A stretch of DNA of 64,000 bases from Raillietiella orientalis (taxonomy: Eukaryota), in the NCBI GenBank assembly GCA_036172245.1, contig JAYWIR010000018.1, positions 2,232,001 to 2,296,000 of the forward strand. Direction: 5' to 3'. The notes below the pieces were generated by a model. The model was not told the DNA's origin. It did not search any database and was given only the letters and a program-made list of their open reading frames with translations. The translations under genes and the position numbers were made by a program. This document shows, piece by piece, positions 53,132 through 63,601 of this stretch. Positions within the stretch are counted from its first letter, which is position 1. Every line of letters starts with the position of its first letter.

Positions 53132-53363
53132 GCGGGAACGAGGTGGAAGTGGGCATCTTCGACGGCATCCGCGACGCGCTGGTCCTGAGGGAGGACCTAC
53201 TCTCCTGGCATGATGGCGGCCCGCCAGTGGACAGGTCCCTCGTGCGCATCCAGAGCACCCGGGTGAACCTCACCATCTACGTGATCCTGTCGACGATCGC
53301 CTGTCTCGGGATCCTCATGGCCTGCTCCTTTCTGGCCGTGAACGTCCGCTTCCGGAACCAGAG
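53132..53363 (+). CDS. GABA-B-R2: GABA-B R2 exon (end of VFT, stalk, TM1): (S)GNEVEVGIFD...WHDGGPPVDRS...FLAVNVRFRNQ(R)
   Basis: ccttccag|GC ... AG|gtaaag, 232 nt; W..G.PP.DR stalk motif, hydrophobic TM1, N...RNQR. Confidence 0.95.
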
Positions 53364-53606
53364 GTAAAGGGAGTAAAGGGATATGGGGTTCTCCTTCCCC
53401 ACCTTCACTCCTGCGGGGGAGTTGAGATCTGCCAACCACCGGAAAGTCCTTCTACTTCCTCTCCTTCTCAGGTGCGCCTCACAAAAAGGTTCACCCTCAC
53501 TGGACCACCCCCATTTCCGAAGGGGGAGAAAAAAACCTTTTGCTCCCCCTCCGAGACGACGGGATGGGTAAAGGATAGGAATGAACGAGGTGATAGAAAC
53601 CCCTGT

Positions 53607-53628
53607 GGGGATATGGGGTGGGGATGGG
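53607..53628 (+). other. G-quadruplex-forming motif in intron
   Basis: GGGGatatGGGGtGGGGatGGG. Confidence 0.6.
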
Positions 53629-53850
53629 AAGACCTTTTCGCTGCTGCTCGTGAAGCAGCAGCAGAAAGGTCTTCCAGAGGGGAAGGGAGTGGGGAGGCAG
53701 CCCTGGAGTTTCCCCCTTAACGAGTGAGTGGGTTCCGGTCCTTCATCCTTTTCACTCGGGATCTCTCCATACTTTCGGCTCCACGCAATTGCAACAGAGC
53801 CTCGTGAGAGAGGAGTGGACTTCGGGGCAGACCTTCCACGGTCGTTTGAG

Positions 53851-54220
53851 GGTGAGGGAGGAGGCTGGAAGCCCCTGACTTTCATCCCCCTTCTGGTTGC
53901 CAAAGGCGACGGGAGACCTTCGGAAAGCGCAGCCGCTTCTTCTGGAGCGCTGCAGCGCCCTTGAGAGGGAACTAGGGGTGTGCCGAGGGGGGATGACCGG
54001 CTCTTGGAGAAGGGAACGGGGAAAAGAGATGCGAAGGAAGCTGGGAGGAGACGGAGGAGTAGCATGCGCTGCTTCACGCCAGAAGATATTCGTCCTCCTC
54101 CCCCTCGAGTTTCCGTCCCTGGGAGAACGGTGCGGTCCCCCCTGGGATAACGGGCATCAACGTCGTCGTCCTCTCCCAGCCTTCTCTCCCTCCCTTCGCG
54201 ACGTTTCCTTCCGGTGATCG
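53851..54220. repeat. Family B dispersed repeat, copy 2 (same orientation as copy 1)
   Basis: Same blocks in the same order as 51725-52097. Confidence 0.8.
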
Positions 54221-55715
54221 ATGGATCTCAGATCTTTCGACTCTCTTCCTCCTCCTTCCGATAAGCTCCCTGCAGCAACCCTCAAAGCTCCTCGCCTGCC
54301 TACCTGAATTCCTGCGCCCCCATTCGTTCCGCCTTTTGCTCTAGCCTCGAGCTCGTCTTCCCGTTTCTATCCCTGTTCCTGCCCTCCTCTCTTGAGCAGA
54401 GGCGGACATCCTGGAGGATCCGATCCAGGCCTTGAGAAAGTCTTTCGCTCCACTACACAAGGGGTCGTGCGCTTCCCTCGGGGCAGGCAGGAGGGGAGAA
54501 TCCGACAGGCAACTCCCGAGGGGGTGAGGGAAGGAGGAGGGGAAGAAGGTTCCGAGATGGAGAGAGAGGAGCTTCCAGGAGAAGGTACGGATGACTCCCT
54601 ACTCTAAATCGAGGGCCCATACAGCCCACAGACCTCTGTGGGAGGGCGCTGCTCCATCCCCTTGCGTGCGCTCGCAGCTATCGGGGGAACGCTCGAGGGG
54701 GAAGACCAGGGTGGGCGTAGGAGCCTTACAGCGGCGCTCTCAGCCTGAAGAAGAATGGCGACCATTTTCGATCCTCCTTCCTCTTCTCTTCCCCCCCCCC
54801 CCTCCTCCTCCTCCTCCTCCCTTCCTCTTTTCTTTCTCTTCCTCGTTTTCCCTTCAGTCATCTGTTTCGCTATGGACGATCCTTGGTCAGGACGCTTCTA
54901 TCAGCCAATCCGAGCGGAGACGCTCCGGCTGCGACGGAGGTGGCGCCTCTCTGCTAAACCACTCTCTGTGCGCACGCGGCGAGGACACGCGTTGCCATCA
55001 ACTGGAGGAGAGTTCCCCCTCCCCGCTGAGTGAGGGTCGCCGCCAGACCCACCGCGATCGTCCCGGTGACGACGATGTTCCCGGGCTCCCTGCTGGGAGA
55101 GATTGCCGAACGGAAGCGTGCCAACGGATCCCCTCCTCCCGACAGTCTGGACTTCGTCGAGATGGAGGCGCATTCTGGGGCCGGAGTCGGGTGAGGCGAG
55201 TCCGGGGTTACAGCAGCAACAGTCGCCTCGGAGACCGCTCTTTTCGGGCCCCGCCCGACCGCGTGTACTGTGGGAAGGCCTTCTCTGATGCATCGTATCC
55301 TCCTAGAGTAGGATCCCGAATCTTCTTGGAAATTGTAATTTGCGCCTCGGAATTTTAATGATCTTTGCAATTTGGAAAGATTCTTCCAAGACAAGAAGCC
55401 GGTTAATCCCCTTATTTATGAAACTTCAGTGGCTGTGACGTCACCAGATGCATTTTGTCACTCACACGAGACAATCTTTTCCATGGAGATGAATAATCGC
55501 TCACCCGCGCTGGGTTTGCTTGAGCACTCCAAGAGCTGCCTCCATTTTTTATCGACAGCAGCCTCCGAGCGTGGCGCGCCTGGAGGCCAAGCGGCAGAGA
55601 CCGCCGTCTGAAAGGCTCTCTTGTCGGGGTCTCCTTTGCGTCCGCGCCTGTGGTCCCCTGACTGAGCGGGGGAGAGGAGCTTCGACACTTCCCGAGACTC
55701 CTCTTTCGTTTCCAG

Positions 55716-55956
55716 GTTCATTAAGATGTCCAGCCCTTACATGAACAACATCATCGTCGTGGGCTGCATCCTGACGTACACGAGCATCCTCTTCCTTGGT
55801 CTCGATAGCCAGCTGACGTCGGAAGCATCCTTCTCGTACATCTGCGCTGCCAGGACCTGGGTACTTATGGCTGGGTTCACCCTCTCCTACGGATCCATGT
55901 TCTCAAAGACCTGGAGGGTACACGCCATATTCACCAACATCAAGATGAACAAGAAG
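55716..55956 (+). CDS. GABA-B-R2: GABA-B R2 exon (ICL1, TM2, TM3, ICL2): FIKMSSPYMNN...MFSKTWRVHAIFTNIKMNKK
   Basis: tttccag|G ... AAG|gtaagg, 241 nt; IKMSSP and FSKTWRVH signatures of GABA-B2. Confidence 0.97.
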
Positions 55957-57829
55957 GTAAGGCAGCCTTTCGCCACCACCCTCCCCTTCCCCGGACGAAA
56001 GGACCGTCTGACGGAGTTCCTTTCAATCACTTCCTGCAACCGCATGGCGGTCCGCATGAACGGAGCGGTTAGCTCGATCCATAAGAAAAAAAAAAAAAAA
56101 CTTTTGCCGCAACGGTCCAGATGTGGCCTGAGGGTCTCAGGTGGCTGAATGTGGGTCTGGTTTATCTCGCAAGTACTGATGATGATGAGGCTCACGAAGA
56201 GCGTTAGCTGAAGACGTAGCGGTCGCTTACGTCGTTCTTGCCAACCGTTAACAACGCGCGAGTTCGCGTTTGCCCAACGTCTTCATCTTGCCAGGAGAAA
56301 ACACCCGCAGTAAGCGCTCCTCTCGCACTCCAGCAGCTTCCCACGCAAATTTAGAATCGCCGCCCGACGAAAACATTTAGTTTATCCCAGCGCCTGTGAT
56401 TGGGATGCAGCGCCTTGCATCCGCTACATGAATTCCTTCTTGACACAACGGTGATTACGTATTGCCACCCCATAAATGTAGAGATACTTCAAAGATGCTG
56501 CTTATGATGGCGTCTTCCTATGGACGGATGGGCTGCGAAAATCCGGATAAACACAACGGATGATGTTTATGCGGAGGATATTTATTTGTATTTTTTACAC
56601 TGTGAATAGAACTAACCACTTGTACAAACATATACATGTGTGTGTGTTTATTTGCGAGTGCTTGCCGATGTTCGGCACGAGCATGCTTGATTTTTGGACT
56701 CAAATATTTTTTTTTTCTTGCTGCAGCATCCTTTCGATAAAGGGAGGCACCCCTGTCCGTAGTGAGTGCGCGTACCGGTTCACCAGTTGCAAACTGGTAT
56801 TGTACGGAGCGTTCAGAGCGATCGGGCGCGGGAGGTTAGGACCCGCACCCGCCTGGTGAATCGGCACCTCACTCCGTGATTTATCTTCCTCGCTCGCCTG
56901 TCCTGGTCCTCTTCGAAGAGGAAACAGCCCCCATTCCAGGATACCAGGTGCTCCCGAGCCCAGCAGAGAGCGGCCTTTCCTCCGCGGCGGGCCACGGGCT
57001 GGCGGATCCAAAGATGAATCAAAATCCTCATTCTGGAGACTCACTCCCCCCCCCCTCTCTACCTCGGAGCCGCTCTTTACGTCATCCCGAGCAGCTCCGA
57101 ATCCTCGGATTCCCGTACCTCCCTCTCCACCAAAGTGCAGCAACAGTTACGCGATGCCGGAATGCTGCTTCACAGTTTGATCCGCGTCTCCGCCGCCATG
57201 ATAGCAGAACTTTGCAGAGTTGCGCCTCACACCGTCGAAAGTTGACGCGTGCAGTTGGTGGAAAACGGATCGATTGCTATGCAGAGTGTACTACAGAATT
57301 TCGCACCCCAATGATCTCTTCCGTGTTTTTTTTTTTTTTTTCTTCCTCCTCCCCCTTTTTCTTCGTTTGCATACAGAAGGTATATAGGCGAACGGGGGTC
57401 ATGCAGGAAGTTGCCCGCTGCATATTCGTGGCCCTAGTCCTTGACTCAGCTTTGACCTGTGAAACTGGTCTTTTTCTCCCTGATCACGAGGGCGGGACTT
57501 GGTGGAATCTGTTGTGGTGAAAAACCAGGCTGGGAGATCAAGGGATAGATACTTCCGGTCGCTCTGCGTACCATCATGAAAATCGAGAGGCACCGTCGCA
57601 TCCTGCCTTTCCCCTCAGCGCTCCAGAGCTCCGCACGAACCGGGTTCGTGCTTCGGCTGTGCCTTGTGATTAGATTTAATAATGCAAATTAGTGTTTGGG
57701 GTAGGAGTGAGGGGTCGGATCCGATGGCACGCTTCAAGACTCCGAATTTGCATGTGGGAGGAGGAATGCAGAGGATCGTGTTTGATCAGCAGAACGAAAG
57801 ACAGCTTGATTGATGAGCACCAGCGACCT

Positions 57830-58620
57830 GCATCCAATGACTGAAGTTAATTGCTGTTCATTGGCTCAGCAGCTGCTGTTCTATGCTGTGATGCCCTGGA
57901 ATTTTGCGGTGCAGCCCGATCCAGAAACTTGTCTGAACCAGCATTCCCGTTGGTCTACCACTTCACCATTTTCCATTCTTCTAATCACGGTGACGTCTCT
58001 GATTTTCGGAAGGCAGCCATTCAGTTTGGCCAATACACTGTACACAATTGCCCGTATATGGCAAACCAGTAGATGCGTGGTGAGCTCTCAACTCGCTCTT
58101 CTGCATGACTGGGAACTTCGGATGCACGAAGAACAGCACTCTATTGCATCCGGTCAAGACTCCGAAATGGACCCTGTTTGTGTTTCCTTGACGAAGAGTT
58201 ATCACAGCCTAGTCTTAACGAATTTTGCCTCTTGTTCTCCTGTGAATCTGAGATGCTCATCATGAGTGTTCGATGAGCAGCATCCGGTTGCTTTACAGTT
58301 TAAAACGAGCTCCCATGTTTGCTCCCGTCTCCATGGATCCAGTTCTCAGGAAACCACATAGAACCATATAAGCCGCAGCATTCTTCAGGAGCGATCATTA
58401 ATTTCTCCTAATCAAGTTGAGGAAGAAATTATACAGATGATAGGCAAAGTGACTACTCCTCCATCGTGACCTTCGAAAGAACCTTTTCAAGTTGATGTCC
58501 TCCACAGTATCGGCTAGAAAGCAGTTGACATCGAGGGATTATCGGTCAAGACTTCGGCAGGCAAACCTGAACTTCTGTTTGTCGTAAGCACCACCTCCTC
58601 ACGCTGACAGATCTGCAGTC
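57830..58620 (-). mobile_element. Degenerate Penelope-like element (RT then GIY-YIG) relic
   Basis: Minus strand YDKQKF...FLADTVED upstream of GNCVQCIGQT...RRHRD*KNG (58021-58053), resembling C..C..YIGQT.R....R..EH..D. Confidence 0.4.
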
Positions 58621-59137
58621 CTTGCATCCTCGATAACCAATGAGTCATCAAAGCCGAAAAGAAAAGAAAAAACGATGCTTTCCGATCAACTGGAAATGCA
58701 TCCGCAGATAATCAGGATGCTCTTCGGAAAATAAAGATTTGTGAAGATTAATGGCATACCAGCACATGACCCTCGGCTCCTCTAGATTCGCACCCCTTCC
58801 GTCGTGTGATGACAAGTCATCATTACTAATTCTCTTCTGGGGGCAGTCTCCCTTACGTGTTCCGTTCATCATTCCTCATCTGGTCTTTCTCACTCCCAAA
58901 TACGTCCTAATATTCAACGTTCTTAAAGAACGTCTGTTTCTTAAGTTCTGTCATTCGCCAGATCTTCCCACTGAATCACCTATTTCAAGTTCGCGGCAGT
59001 GCCGAGCATGACCATGGCGACTCCTCCTCGTTCGGAATGAATCCCACACTACTGTTTACTTTCCGTGTTCTCTACGCGCAGATACGAAACGCCTGACCGC
59101 CACACGACCAGCGTTGCTGACCATCGTCACCAGGGTC

Positions 59138-59311
59138 GAAGTTTTCGGTGGCACAGCAGGGTATCTGTCGCGCTTGCAACCTAGGGCGCAGCATCCACTT
59201 GCTCCGCAAGGAATTTGCCCTGCGAACCAAAAGGTGGCTCTGCAATCTTCGTATCCTCTCCTGTTCCAGTATTCCCAACTCGATGGCCGGGTTCAATTCC
59301 GTTTTCACCAT
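59138..59311 (+). repeat. Direct repeat C, copy 1 (probably the C-terminal part of a LINE RT relic starting ~58900)
   Basis: Clear alignment with 60961-61143; + frame EVFGGTAGYLSRLQ...SSYPLLF resembles the VWGG....L..LQ region of LINE ORF2. Confidence 0.8.
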
Positions 59312-59779
59312 AGGTTCTCAAAGCTGAAGCTAAGGAAACCGCGGGTGACGAAGGGTACGGAAGCCACCCTTTTGCAGTGACGTCCCGATGGAGAGTCCTT
59401 GGGAAGCGCCATCTTCCACGTTCACATCAAAAAATCACTCCCGGGGCGGTCTGGTATAGCATTCCACGCAAACATCGGGCATCCAGCTGAGAATGTGCGA
59501 CTGAAACGGGGCGAACGTGGGCAGGAACTCCCAACACAGCGGCGCCGCTGCTCGTTCACTCTCGGCCACTCACCTTGTTGCTTGGTTTACCGCCACCACT
59601 GTGATTGCGGAGCTCCATGAAAGACGTCCTCTCCCGAGGACACGGCTGAACCTCGTTCTCCTCGATGGTCTGGTTCTTAGCTGTCCATCCCGAGAACTGT
59701 GGTTTGCTTTGCGACTGCACCATTCTTTCCCGTTAACCACAGTAGATGGATTCATGCTTGCTGAACGTGTTCGGAGATG

Positions 59780-60586
59780 GTGGATTCTGCGCGATTTTTC
59801 TTCTTTTTTTGGTTCGCTACGTACTCGGGAACCGTTCGCCTAAGGGCCCGCGAAGCTCTTTGACACTGTTCCACTCCACTCGAGGGCGCGTGTCAACTTT
59901 TCAAGTTAGGGGGTACCCGGAAAGGGGACCAACCCATGAATCCAGGAAAGACTCTGGGGGAAGAATTCCTTTTCGCTTGCGCTTGGGAAGGAATCTCGAA
60001 GGGAACCTCTTCCTCATCCTCTCCGGAGGTACCCTCCGGAGGGGCCGTCCCTTATTTCTTCTCCAAAGAGAAACCGGAAAGGATCCCTTCCTGGATACTT
60101 CCACTCCAGGGGGAACCTGTTTCTCTTCCGAAGAGAACCCCGAAGGGACGCCTCCAAATTTCTCTGAATGGCGCCCCCGAAGGGAGCAGCGCGCTTCTTG
60201 ACACCCGGAAAAGATATCAATCAGCCTTAGCTGATTGACTAATAGTACTCGATGGAGGATCCCTTCTCTCGAAGGGAAAAGACGGCAGCATTTTCGCAAC
60301 CTGAGGAAGGTCCCGAAGGACACCTTGATTCCTGGAAGGACTCCAGAGGATCAACTTCCATTCTCGGCCAGTCAGCAGGGCATCCGGAGGTTTCCGGCAT
60401 CCACAAGTGCCGCACCCCGAAACCTATAGACCAGCCAGCGTCATCCTGCGAGGGGGAGACTTGAAACCTATGATGCACCCATTTCTCGGCGCCTATCCTT
60501 CCCCGGGTGGGGATTCGAACCCGTAACGCTTGGTGCTACTCGCGGAGGCCGCGTAGCTACACTCCCGCGTTGGCGGCCGTGTGGCT
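59780..60586 (-). mobile_element. Family A SINE-like element, copy 4 (terminal ~22 bp inverted)
   Basis: B box at 60510-60522, internal tandem units, A-rich tail at ~59795-59810. Confidence 0.8.
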
Positions 60587-60960
60587 TTCATGCAGCTCGG
60601 CAACCAAAAGTTCCGGAGTGTTTTAGATGTGCGGAAGCGTGATTCTATGCGGCTCGATTCGATCACAGACGCATCAGTGTGGGATCTCAGAGTCCGAGAT
60701 TTTCACTTTCGATTTTCCTTGACTTTGCTTTCCCTCAGAGCATCAGCATGCTCTGCTGTTGCCGTTGGCTGCTTTGCTGAAGCTTCGATGCTACCCACGT
60801 TCTTTTACACTTATATTTACCTCTTTCAAGAAGTGAATTTTTACTCGAACCTACGGCGCATTGACTCAGTCATCTTCACTTACCAACGACATGAATACTC
60901 AGATCGTTGTGAAGAATTTCGCAGTGCTACTCGGTTGTTTTAAGCATTTAAAATGCTTAT

Positions 60961-61143
60961 GAAGTTTTCGGTGACACAGCAGATTCCTCAGCTGAGGATC
61001 TGACGCGCTTGCCACCTAGGGCACAGCATCCACTCGTTCCGCGAGTAATTTGCTCTGCGAGCCAAAAGATGGCTCTCCAATCTTGATCCGCTCTTGTTGC
61101 AGCACCCCCAACTTGGTGGCCGGGTACACTTCCGTTTCACCAT
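60961..61143 (+). repeat. Direct repeat C, copy 2
   Basis: gaagttttcggtg.cacagcag ... cctaggg..cagcatccact ... tttcaccat shared with 59138-59311; extra palindromic tcctcagctgagga. Confidence 0.8.
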
Positions 61144-63360
61144 TTTGTCTGCAGCCACCGTCTGCCTGCCAATCCTTTAGAAAACGATATCCACTCCTTA
61201 TTTAAAAGTGTTTTGGTAACCTTGAGCACTGACGTGCTACATACCAAAACTTGAAGACTCGTGAGATTAGATAGGAGCCATCCATCAAGCAGTTGGATAG
61301 TGCTTGATGGATAGTGCCGTGCTTGTCCTCTCCAGAGTGTTTTAAATTTTGAGCAGCTCTTCGGCTTCACGAGAGGATCCAGAAACGGCGAAAGGACCAG
61401 GTATTCTGGGTTTCAACACAGAATATCTGGTCGATGAGCTCCCACAGATTCACTGTGAGTCATAGCATGAAAGGAATTCTGAGGTTCCGTTGCTATGATG
61501 TCCGTCAAGATCTGGCAACATCTGGAAAATTGAGGTTTCAGTGACGCTGGCAGGGAACCCAAGAGGTTCGTTCCCCGCAGCTTGTCCTCGCGGTCTCCTT
61601 CGAACGCTCGTGAAATCCTGGAGCTCTTGAATGACCAGCCTCAAAACAAAAGCCCCTGAAATGTGCGATTACAAGGCAGGATCCCGTGTTCCTCCACTCG
61701 CCGAGTGTTCGGGAAAAGGTGGAAAAATTCTCGGTGTCCTCGCGTCCAAAGTGACACGAGCTGCTCCGTTACGCGCAGGAGGCGAATCACTGGTTCGAGA
61801 GGAAACAGAGTGCATGTTATGTGTGCATTGGTCAGCAGCAACAGAAAGGGGGGAAAAAAAGACCAGTTTCTTCGAGCTTCGTAGATAGAAAGTAGTGTGG
61901 ATCCTTGACAGTGTACGTGGATGTGTTTTATGTGGATGCACTGGGTTTGTTCTTCATTTCATGGTTGAGAATCAGCAAAGGCATCGGAGTCCGTGGAGGA
62001 AGCACAAGCGGGGTAATCTTCCACCCCTTCTGAGAAGGTATAGATCCCTGAAGAACTTTGAGGGAAAATTCATCCCAGAGAAGAGGAATTTTCTTTGGAA
62101 ACCAGAAGGCTTCGTGAAACAGCAAGTGATAGCACCAACTGCCTCTAGAGTCCTTCTTCTACCCTGTCGCAAGCTGCAACTGAATGTGAAGATCAAGTGA
62201 GGACGGAACTCGTGCCTCATCGTTGTCCACTTCCAGCGCAAAAAAAGTGGAGTCCACTAAGCTAGTTCCAGTGTCCTCACACCTCTCTCCTGCTCTGTCG
62301 TGGGTGGTCTGCTGAAGTTCTAGCAGCTCTCACGGTAAGCAAGTTCATCCTGACACTTGCGAAACCCTCCTCTGGAGCACACCAAAGTGTTGAGTGTCGG
62401 GAAAACGGGTGGCATTCTCATTCAAACTGCAGCAGCCGCCTTGTCATTATTTGCATCTCCCCCCCTCTCGTGCGCTTTGCTCCACGGAAGGGAATAGCGG
62501 GAGAGAATTGGCTACCGGTCCTCATCGGCAAGCTTCCGGATGAGGATTCAGCGGCCGAAGCCGTCATCGCGAGCCCTAAAAAGCGGGGTGGATCGGCAGG
62601 GGAACGTCTTAGGAACGGAGAATTGCAAGAGCAAGTCGTGTTATCGAAGGCTTCAATGTTCTTGATCCCAGTGAAATGCCACGCGGAAAATCATAGCGAG
62701 AGGTGGTCCGCATGTGCGCGCTCGTGTTTGTTTCTGTGTTTTGTTTTCAAGGTCATTATTTTCTTATAATTTTTCTCCTGCGGCAATCCGCCATTCTGAA
62801 GATGCATCACGTCTCCGGTGGATGCTCGGAATGGCAAAATGTTGGTCTTTTTACCCACAGAATTTCCCGCGAGACCCCTATTTTATGAAAAGTTTCCTGG
62901 GCAATCCCATCTTCTCCTTTCACTCATTCGGAAAGCTGACATGAACTCTCCTCGGCAATTCGTCCCCAATCGTTTGGATCTGTCCTCCGAAAATCATTTT
63001 CCTCCCCGTTTTGCGTTTTTTTTCTATTTTTTTGGCCGTTTGCAATCCATCCTACGGCCCGCTGCGAGGTCGTTGCACCACCTCGTGGTTAGAGCCCTCG
63101 TTTTCGCCAACTACTTCGAGGGGAAGGGGGAAGCACGTAGGAACGGACAGCCAACCATGTGATGAACTCCTCCATCAATCCAAGGCCGTACACGTGACCA
63201 CTTCCGCGCGATGTGTGAGTGTGCGTGGTTTGCCTCCGGTAGGGAACCAGCTGGCTTCCTTCAGGAAAGCTCCGACCGTCTGCTTCTGGAAAAGCGAACA
63301 GAAAGACGGTTCTTTAAAAAGCGAGCGACCTTGTGTTCATCCCAATTGCCTTCCTTCTAG

Positions 63361-63483
63361 GTGATCAAGGACTACCAGCTCATTCTCGTGGTCATCATAC
63401 TTCTTGCGATTGATGTTGCAATCATGACAACCTGGCAAATAGTGGACCCATTCTACAGAGAGACCAAGACCCTGGAGCCATAC
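63361..63483 (+). CDS. GABA-B-R2: GABA-B R2 exon (TM4, start of ECL2): VIKDYQLILVV...WQIVDPFYRETKTLEPY
   Basis: ccttctag|GTG ... TAC|gtaagt, 123 nt; IKDYQL and WQIxDPFYRE motifs. Confidence 0.95.
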
Positions 63484-63556
63484 GTAAGTTTTACCGGTAG
63501 AACCCCGAACGAGAGATCCCTTGGGAAAACGCGCGTAGGATGCTGTTCCTGCTCTT

Positions 63557-63601
63557 GAGCCAGGAGACTCGACCTCTCTACGAGGTCGAGCCTCCTGGCT
63601 C
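63557..63601. repeat. Hairpin (10+9 bp stem with one A-C mismatch, 5-nt loop)
   Basis: GAGCCAGGAG a CTCGACCTC-tctac-GAGGTCGAG c CTCCTGGCTC. Confidence 0.9.

Larger units (their letters stand above)
10874..63483 (+). other. GABA-B-R2: Partial multi-exon gene: GABA-B receptor subunit 2 (8 coding exons in window, 528 aa; both ends outside window)
   Basis: Eight exons with canonical AG/GT ends and compatible phases (0,0,0,0,1,2,0) splice into one uninterrupted frame, colinear with insect GABA-B-R2 as recalled. Introns are 6481, 93, 14439, 8526, 11731, 2352 and 7404 nt. Confidence 0.95.

Noticed and set aside
51246..55394. Several 170-280 aa ORFs around the TM1 exon
   Set aside because: GC-rich, purine/pyrimidine-skewed repeat DNA; no protein features apart from the true exon.
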